From positions 1,426,001 to 1,490,000 of the forward strand of contig NW_027361688.1 of assembly GCF_039654945.1 (NCBI RefSeq): a DNA stretch of 64,000 bases, written 5' to 3'. Below the pieces are notes generated by a model that saw nothing but the letters and a program-made list of their open reading frames with translations, was not told the origin of the DNA and did no database searches. This document shows positions 57,002 through 64,000 of this stretch, in pieces. The DNA comes from Dendrobates tinctorius (taxonomy: Eukaryota). The stretch's first letter is position 1. Every line of letters begins with the position of its first letter. Made by a program: the position numbers and the translations under genes.

Positions 57002-58055
57002 TGTGGTGTCCCCAAGAGTACGGTCGCCACTGTGGCATTGCCTTCCTCCTAGGGAGTGTGTTGTCAAGCTTGGGAGCAACGAAGGATCTCTCTAGCAGTG
57101 AAACCAACACACAACACATTTCCCACTCCAGGCCAGCAGGGAGACCTCTGAACCTGACTGCTGAGGAGCTGCTCTCTGTGGTCGGGAGGAGGTAAGTTAG
57201 GGCACTCTGTGCAGGGAAGGGGAAGTGTGTGGACGTGAGAAGGGGAGCTGGAGGATGAGCAGAGTTAAGGCTCACTCCTAGCTGGAGCGTATGGTCCGGA
57301 TTCCGGTCTCCGAGTTTGTAGGGACACTGACGTTCCTGCAGCAGAAACCGGGGGAAGTAGCAGCTATAAATGCTCTGTACCCAACTAAGGCTCGGAGGCC
57401 CCAGCATCGATGTGTGTGAGGCAGAAGGAAAAGGCTACAGCTGTCTGCCATACAAGTAAAGTCTGAGGAACATCTGTTAGACAGGAGGCGTTTCAGTGAA
57501 CCACGGTCCTGTGAGTGCTTCCCCCACAAGCGCTAGAAAGGAGACGTTCAGGAAGGTACATGTTGGCGGAGTGTTGGAAGGGAGCTTTCCATTCTGGTCC
57601 CGGAGGTTGGCAGAGGTCCTGACCCGGAGGACACAGCACGGAGGCAGGCATCTGTGTAACCTGCAGACTGTGAGTAAAGCTTTGGAACTGCACGCTCTGG
57701 TGTCCTACAGTTATTCCAGCACCGCTACATCTGGGTACCAGCACCTACACCGCCTGTGCCTTTCCCCCATCACTACATCTACACTTCGATGGGACTCCAG
57801 CTCCACCTGTGGGGAGCTTCACCATCTTTGCTGCACAACACCATCAGTCCCAGAGGATCTGCATGCAGCGTCGGCCTAACATCTATGTTGCTGAACACCA
57901 CAGGTGGCGTCAAACTATCTATATAAACTCTTTACCATTATACCACTCCATTTACATGGGCGCTCAGGGCTACCGTCCGGGTCACCACTGCTGTGACACA
58001 TCCCACTGACACCGGCCCGGTACCGAGTACCCCACAGCCCTGGGAGGGCGACCCA
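57002..58055 (+). mobile_element. Possible decayed solo LTR
   Basis: TG...CA-bounded, about 1 kb, non-coding, with TATAAA and AGTAAA. No TSD found. Confidence 0.3.
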
Positions 58056-58600
58056 TATGCCGACTGCTGATCGGGCGGCATTATTCCCACGAACCTCCAA
58101 ACAGCGTCCCTGAAGGCAAAATTTTTGGTTTCCGGGGGCAGTATGATTGCAAAGCTGAATCTTAAAGGAATGTCCAAAAGGGCACCACCAGGAGTGGAGC
58201 CTGTGGCTTAATTGGACTGCACCCGGGAAACCACTACCATACAAGCGACAGAAAAGATGGACAGATTGCAAGCTTTGTCGATTCTGTGTGTGGTGTGGTA
58301 TGTCCGTTTGTAGTTGTGCTAGCGATTTCTCAGCTTTATTCCGTTAACGACCGAGACTCCGGCATGGCCCCGCGGTACGCGTCAAGCTTACTAGAGGGCT
58401 ACACGAGGCTGTGGCACGTGAGATCGAGCAATAACAGGTCTAGCATTCCAGTACATGTCCGGGGCTGCATGCATGCTACACTGAAAGGACCAGCTTTTGT
58501 CGCTTACAGGTGCAGATAACCTGCTGAACTCCGTTAGTGATGGGGATCTGGGATTCAGATTATTCCCCGCGAACGATGATTTCCCAGTAAGCTCAGGTCA
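58056..58600 (+). pseudogene. RNA18S: Diverged 18S rRNA fragment (3' half, roughly V5-V8)
   Basis: Co-linear 18S landmarks: TGCAAAGCTGAA-CTTAAAGGAAT, AAGGGCACCACCAGGAGTGGAGCCTG-GGCTTAATT, GACAGATTG, TAACGA-CGAGACTC, GAGCAATAACAGGTCT, GCTACACTGA, GTGATGGGGATC, TTCCCAGTAAG. Many substitutions fall in invariant positions. Confidence 0.9.
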
Positions 58601-59319
58601 ACCGCAATTCCGGAGTTAGGCCTGTCATTCCTGAAAAAATTACGTGTCCAAACCACAGGTGCTGTAGCTGGCTTAACAGCTCGGCAGCCGTTCTCAGGCC
58701 CAGTATGGATTCAACAACATTGTAGAAAGTTGATAAAGGGTACAGTTTCACCGGATATCACGTATATATGTAGCCTAGTTTACACATTAAAAATATATGT
58801 CTATAGATCAGGAGGCAGACTCAGATGTTCTCAGGCCCAGTATGGATTTGACCAGATTGTACAAAGTTGAGAAAGGGTACTTTATCACTGGATAGCAGGT
58901 ATATATAGCATAGTTTAAACATGTAAAATCTCCGTGTTCTCAGTATGGATTACACAGCAATCTAAAAAGTGGAAAAAAGGAAATGCATTTGAGGCGTACA
59001 CAACTATACACTTTTGGTGTTATTTTTAAATCTTCATATATATTTCTGTCTCAGTAATACAGTCCAGCCTCTCCGCAATAGGAAATGAGATGCATACAAT
59101 TAGTGACATAGAGGCTATTGATTGCAGAAATCTAGGAATTATTATTCACGGGAAAAACTTCCGTTACAATTCTCATAGGCGATGCTGACCCTCAATTAAT
59201 TTGTGTGCTGAGACAGTGAAAACATTTTTTTGTGAATAAAGTCTTGCTGTATCGCACTTCCGTTGATTCCATCACTGTTACTCATCTCAATCCAATTTTT
59301 ATCACAGGGAGCGATGTAA

Positions 59320-59602
59320 ACATGGTGCTCACTGGCTATCATGATCTGTCACGTAACTTTGGAGTGCAAAAGACAGAAGCCACAGGCCGTAGGCGATTCT
59401 ATTTGATTGGCATGAGAGGGCACATTTTGAAATGTGCGCCGGAATGTCACACGTTTGTGAGTAGGAAAACTGTGAAAGCTGATGATAAACCACCACTGCA
59501 TGTAATTGTGAGTCGACGTCCATAAGAAATGGAAGCCACTGATCATCTGGAGCTAGAGCCCGGCCAGCAGGACAGGGCATAGCTACATCTTAACCATCAT
59601 CT
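59320..59602 (+). pseudogene. Decayed Gypsy integrase fragment (zinc-binding domain to start of the core)
   Basis: HDLSRNFGVQKTEATGRRRFYLIGMRGHI...C...RK...PLHVIVSRRP*EMEATDHLELEP, then a frameshift and GHSYILTII. Confidence 0.65.
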
Positions 59603-60060
59603 TTCAGTTCAATCAATTTGTAGTGGCAGTCCCAGTGAAGGATTTGACAGCCCAGACTACACAGCGGAGGAGCAGGGAGAGGTAAACATTGCAAATGCTG
59701 GGGCCCTGCCCAAGCAAGGGGGGCACACTCGTGGGCGTCGGTACTGGCACTGAGCCCCTCATAGTACGGCGGTGTGTCTGACGGCGGGTGTGCACCACCA
59801 CTGTCAGAGACACTTGATTGTACTATGAGGGACCCTATGCCAGTGCCCGCGCCCAAGAGTCGGCCTACCCACCTGTCCAGGGCAACGGCACTCGCACGGT
59901 TTTGTGCGCTAGGTGGTGACCCCGGCCATGGGGGGGGCCGCCCACTTAGGGAGGTTTACAAAGTGGCATATGTAGATGTGGGTCATTCAGCTGCTGCAAA
60001 AGGCGAAATAGGTCAAGTTCGCGGAATAGGAGGACCAAAGCAAGTCATTTTTCTGGCAAC

Positions 60061-60781
60061 CTATGTGCCATCAAGGGAAGGTGGGACAAAATCCTTGGAA
60101 ACCCAAGCATGGTTCATTTTAATGAAGGTTAGATCATCCACATTTTGGGTTGACAGACGGGTCCTTTTTTCTGTCAGGATTGATCCAGCTGCACTGAAGA
60201 CTCTTTCCGATAGCACACTTGCAGCTGGGCAAGCGAGCTCCTGTAAGGTATATTGTGCCAATTCAGGCCAGGTGTCCAGTTTAGCGGCCCAATAGTCAAA
60301 GGGGAATGACCTGTGTGGGAGAACATCGATATGGGAGGAAAAGTAGTTGTTAACCATAGTTGACAACTGCTGTCTCCTGTCACTTTCCATCGATGCAGTA
60401 TTACCAGTTGTGTGAGCGGTCCGTGAAAAATCAGTCCACAACATTGTCATGAAACCCGTCTCCAACGCCACTTCTGCTGTGTGCACCACGAACACCTCTG
60501 CCAAGCTGCCCCCGGCCCGTACGGCTCGTGTGAGAACCATCACCGCTGCTGTGTGCTGGGAATGTCTCAACCAACCGGTTAACCAGAGTTGCTTGTTTAG
60601 TAGCCAATATTAGGTCAAGGTTCTCCTGTGGCATGAAGTTTTGTAATTTGCCTTTATAGCGTGGATCCAGGATGCTGGCCAACCAGTAGTCGTCATCGTT
60701 CATCATTTTGGCAATGCGTGGGTCCCTTTTTAGGATCTGCAAGGCATAATCTGACATGTGGGCCAATGTTCCTGGTGTCAC
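60061..60781 (-). pseudogene. hAT transposase C-terminal fragment (dimerisation domain)
   Basis: YWLASILDPRYK, then a frameshift, then DYWAAKLDTWPELAQY...CPAASVLSERVFSAAG...KRTRLS...LTFIKMN. Confidence 0.92.
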
Positions 60782-61756
60782 TGGGTAGCCAGTGTAAGGA
60801 CTGGCATTTGTAGAGGCATCGGTGTAACGATTGGCGAGGAATATGATCCTGGCTGCAGCATTCAGGACAGATTGGAGGGGGGAGAGTTTGGTAAGAGGGA
60901 GACCGATTAGAAGAGAGTTACAATAGTCCAGACGAGAATGAATAAGAGAAACAGTAAGAGTTTATGCGGAGTCAAAGGTAAGAAAAGGTATTAATAATAA
61001 TAAATTTTATTTCTATAGGGGTGACATTCCGCAGCACATTACATTTCAGAGGGGACTTGTACAGACAATATACATTACAGCATAACAATAATCACATAGA
61101 TCATAACAGATGCCAAGAGGAATGAGGGCCCTGCTCGCAAGCTTACAATCTATGAGGAAAAGGTCGAATTCTAGAAATGTTTCTGAGGAGCAGATGACAA
61201 GAGCGAGCCAGTGATCGAATGTGGGGGGCAAAGGAGAGCTCGGAATCAAGTATGACCCCAAGACAGCGGGCCTGTTGCTGGGGAGTAATAGTAGAACCAC
61301 ACACAGAAATGGCAATGTCGGGTATAGGTACATTAGTAGAGGAAGGAAACACCAGGAGTTCAGTCTTTGACAGGTTCAGTTTCAGATATAGTGAGGACAT
61401 GATGTTAGACACAGTGTTTAGACAATCGCCGGTGTTTTCTAGAAAGACTGGCATGATGTCAGGAGAAGAAGCGTATAATTGGGTGTCATCAGCATAGAGA
61501 TGGTACTGGAAACCAAATCTACTGATTGTTTGACCAATAGGGGCAGTGTACAAGGAGAAGAGGAGGGGGCCTAGAACCGATCCTTGAGGAACCCCAACAA
61601 GGGGAAGGTGAGAGGATGAGGAACCGGCAAAAGATACAGTAAAGGAGCGGTCGGAGAGATAGGAAGAGAACCAGGAGAGAACGGTGTCCTTGATGCCGAT
61701 GGAACGGAGCATAGTGAGGAGCAGCTGATGATCCACAGTGTCGAATGCTGCAGAGC
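60782..61756 (-). mobile_element. L2 RT fragment split by a short L2 3'-tail insertion (about 60991-61157)
   Basis: [14 protein letters not shown]...RNISRIRPF continues as PFLT...IHSRLDYCN on the far side of the tail. Confidence 0.85.
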
Positions 61757-64000
61757 AATAATAATAATAATCTTTATTTATATAGCGCCAACATATTCCG
61801 CAGCGCTTTACAGTTTAACAGTTTCAAAACACAAGTCATAAGTAACAACGCTAACAATACAATAATTAAAGCAAAATAAGACGAAATAAGACGACCCTGC
61901 TCGTGAGAGCGTACAATCTACAATGAGGTGAGGGAGATACAGAGTACAGATGTGTATTTACAATGGTGTATTTACAATGAAGGTCCAGCCATCTTCCAGG
62001 AGTGAAGGATGGATGGAGATAGTGAATGGGCTACGCACGCACACTTACACAGAGAATGACTTTGATTAGTGAATGTGATAGGCCGCTCTGAACAGGTGTG
62101 TTTTGAGGGAGCGCCTAAAACTATGCAAATTGTGGATAGTCCTGATTTCTTGGGGTAGAGCATTCCAGAGGATAGGAGCAGCACGGGAGAAGTCTTGGAG
62201 TCGGGAGTGGGAGGTACGGATTAGTGCAGAGGTTAGTCGAAAGTCGTTTGCAGAGCGCAGCGATCGGCTAGGCCGATAGACAGAAATGAGAGAAGAGATG
62301 TAAGGGGGTGCCGCACTGTGGAGAGCTTTGTGGGTGAGAACAAGTACTTTGAATTGGATCCTATAATGAATGGGCAGCCAATGTAAGGACTGGCGAAGAG
62401 CGGACGTGTCCGAGTACCGATTACCCAGATGGACGATTCTGGCTGCTGCATTGAGTATGGACTGGAGAGGGGATAGTCGAGTGACGGGGAGGCCAATTAA
62501 TAGAGCGTTGCAGTAATCCAGGCGAGAGTGGATCAATGCAACAGTGAGGGTTTTTGTTGTTTCCATAGTGAGAAAAGGGCGGATTCTAGAGATGTTCTTT
62601 AGGTGTAAGCGGCAAGAGCGGGCAAGGGATTGTATATGGGATGTAAAGGAGAGATTGGTGTCAAACATAACACCCAGACAGCGCACCTGCTGCCGGGGTG
62701 ATATTGTGGTACCACCCACGGAGAAGGAAATGTCAGATTTAGGGAGGTTAGTAGACGGCGGGAGCAGAAGTTCAGTTTTGGAGAGGTTGAGTTTCAGATA
62801 GAGAGCGGACATGATATTGGAGACTGCGGACAGACAGTCACTGGCGTTCTGTAGTACAGCGGGGGTAAGGTCGGGGGAAGACGTGTATAGTTGTGTGTCA
62901 TCAGCATAAAGATGGTACTGAAAGCCAAATCTGCTGATGGTCTGTCCAATTGGGGCCGTGTAGAGAGAGAAAAGAAGGGGGCCAAGGACTGAGCCCTGAG
63001 GTACCCCGACAGCAAGAGGAAGAGGAGATGACGTGGAGCCAGAGAACAAAACACTGAAGGAGCGGTCAGAGAGATAGGAAGAGAACCAGGAGAGTGCAGT
63101 GTCCTTAATGCCTAGTGACTGGAGCCTAGAGAGTAGGAGATGGTGGTCAACAGTATCGAAAGCTGCAGATAGGTCAAGAAGAATGAGCAGAGAGTGGTCA
63201 CCGTTACGTTTTGCTGTCAGAAGGTCATTGGTCACTTTGATGAGTGCAGTTTCAGTCGAATGTAGGGGGCGGAAGCCGGACTGTGAAGGGTCTAGAAGGG
63301 AGTGAATGGAGAGGTAACGGGTAAGGCGGGAGTAAACTAGGCGTTCCAAAAGTTTAGAGATGAAGGGGAGATTGGAGACTGGTCTGTAGTTGTTTTTGCA
63401 GGATGGGTCGAGAGCAGGTTTCTTTAGTAGTGGAGTAACGATGGCGTGTTTGAAGGAGGATGGGAAAATGCCCGAGGAGAGGGAGAGATTAAAGATTGTA
63501 GTTAGGTGGGTTGTGACGACTGGAGAGAGAGACTGGAGGAGATGTGAGGGAATGGGGTCGGTAGTGCATGTAGTCGGACGAGAAGAAGAGAGGAGTCTGG
63601 AGACTTCTTCTTCTGTTATGGGATCAAATGTGGAGAGTGAGCCAGGGGAGATGTAGGAAGGGATGGGAGTCACAGCACTTGGTGGTTGGGAGCAGATTTC
63701 TTGACGGATATTATCTATTTTTTCTGTAAAGTGGGAGGCCAGGTCATCAGCACAAATGTCTGTGATAGGGGCTTGTGCTTTTGGCCTGAGGAGGGAGTGA
63801 AAAGTGTCAAAAAGTTTCTTGGGGTTGTTGGCTTGTGAGGAGATCAGGGTGGTGAAGTAGGTCTGTTTGGCAAGGTGAAGGGCAGCGTTATAGGTTCTTA
63901 ACATAAATTTGAAGTGGATGAAGTCTTCTGGTGTGCGGGTTTTTCTCCATAGGCGTTCAGGACTCCTGGAGCATCGCTGGAGAAGTTGAGTTTGCGATGT
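61757..64000 (-). mobile_element. L2-clade LINE with an open RT frame (runs off the right edge)
   Basis: 612-aa open frame, 3' UTR and (ATT)n tail at about 61757-61790. Confidence 0.94.
62066..63904 (-). CDS. L2 ORF2 reverse transcriptase (partial)
   Basis: [35 protein letters not shown] and LHWLP motifs. Confidence 0.88.
   Translation of the reverse strand: MLRTYNAALHLAKQTYFTTLISSQANNPKKLFDTFHSLLRPKAQAPITDICADDLASHFTEKIDNIRQEICSQPPSAVTPIPSYISPGSLSTFDPITEEEVSRLLSSSRPTTCTTDPIPSHLLQSLSPVVTTHLTTIFNLSLSSGIFPSSFKHAIVTPLLKKPALDPSCKNNYRPVSNLPFISKLLERLVYSRLTRYLSIHSLLDPSQSGFRPLHSTETALIKVTNDLLTAKRNGDHSLLILLDLSAAFDTVDHHLLLSRLQSLGIKDTALSWFSSYLSDRSFSVLFSGSTSSPLPLAVGVPQGSVLGPLLFSLYTAPIGQTISRFGFQYHLYADDTQLYTSSPDLTPAVLQNASDCLSAVSNIMSALYLKLNLSKTELLLPPSTNLPKSDISFSVGGTTISPRQQVRCLGVMFDTNLSFTSHIQSLARSCRLHLKNISRIRPFLTMETTKTLTVALIHSRLDYCNALLIGLPVTRLSPLQSILNAAARIVHLGNRYSDTSALRQSLHWLPIHYRIQFKVLVLTHKALHSAAPPYISSLISVYRPSRSLRSANDFRLTSALIRTSHSRLQDFSRAAPILWNALPQEIRTIHNLHSFRRSLKTHLFRAAYHIH

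Larger units (their letters stand above)
54370..60781 (-). mobile_element. Arm of a large hAT transposon, from terminus to transposase C-terminus
   Basis: TAGTGTTGAGCGA terminus with palindromic subterminal motifs at 54370, and a transposase remnant at 60061-60781. That both belong to one element is inferred. Confidence 0.6.

Noticed and set aside
56526-57407. 293-aa ORF
   Set aside because: No recognisable domain, and it runs across unrelated repeat segments inside a transposon.
58056-58600. Functional rRNA gene or rDNA unit
   Set aside because: Partial, mutated at invariant positions, and without the rest of the 45S unit.

Overview
Vertebrate, most likely frog (anuran), genomic DNA; the taxon is inferred from histone sequence style and transposon repertoire. 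The window is a replication-dependent histone cluster: 4x H4, 3x H2A, 3x H2B, 1x H3.2 and one H1 pseudogene, with a 3' stem-loop after every intact gene. An H2A-H2B-H4 module is present once inverted (about 2.3-6.2 kb) and then in a tandem segmental duplication with periods of about 18.2 and 20.9 kb. Each tandem spacer holds a minisatellite and a TTAA piggyBac-like element containing a DIRS tyrosine-recombinase retrotransposon. The two DIRS copies were later hit independently, one by a hAT element and one by a full-length Tf1/sushi-type chromovirus. The flanks are nested transposons: Penelope, L1, L2, Harbinger-type MITEs and a large hAT element. The most notable observations are: (1) a clean phase-0 spliceosomal intron needed to open the DIRS gag frame; (2) about 545 bp of decayed 18S rRNA plus a Gypsy integrase remnant inside the large hAT element; (3) a tRNA-independent self-priming signature in the LTR element; (4) a decayed 2A-like motif in an L2 5' fragment; (5) histone amplification that excludes H3. 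The identical 128-N blocks in all three H2B genes look like masking artefacts. All calls were made by eye. I found no system I can claim is undescribed without database searches.
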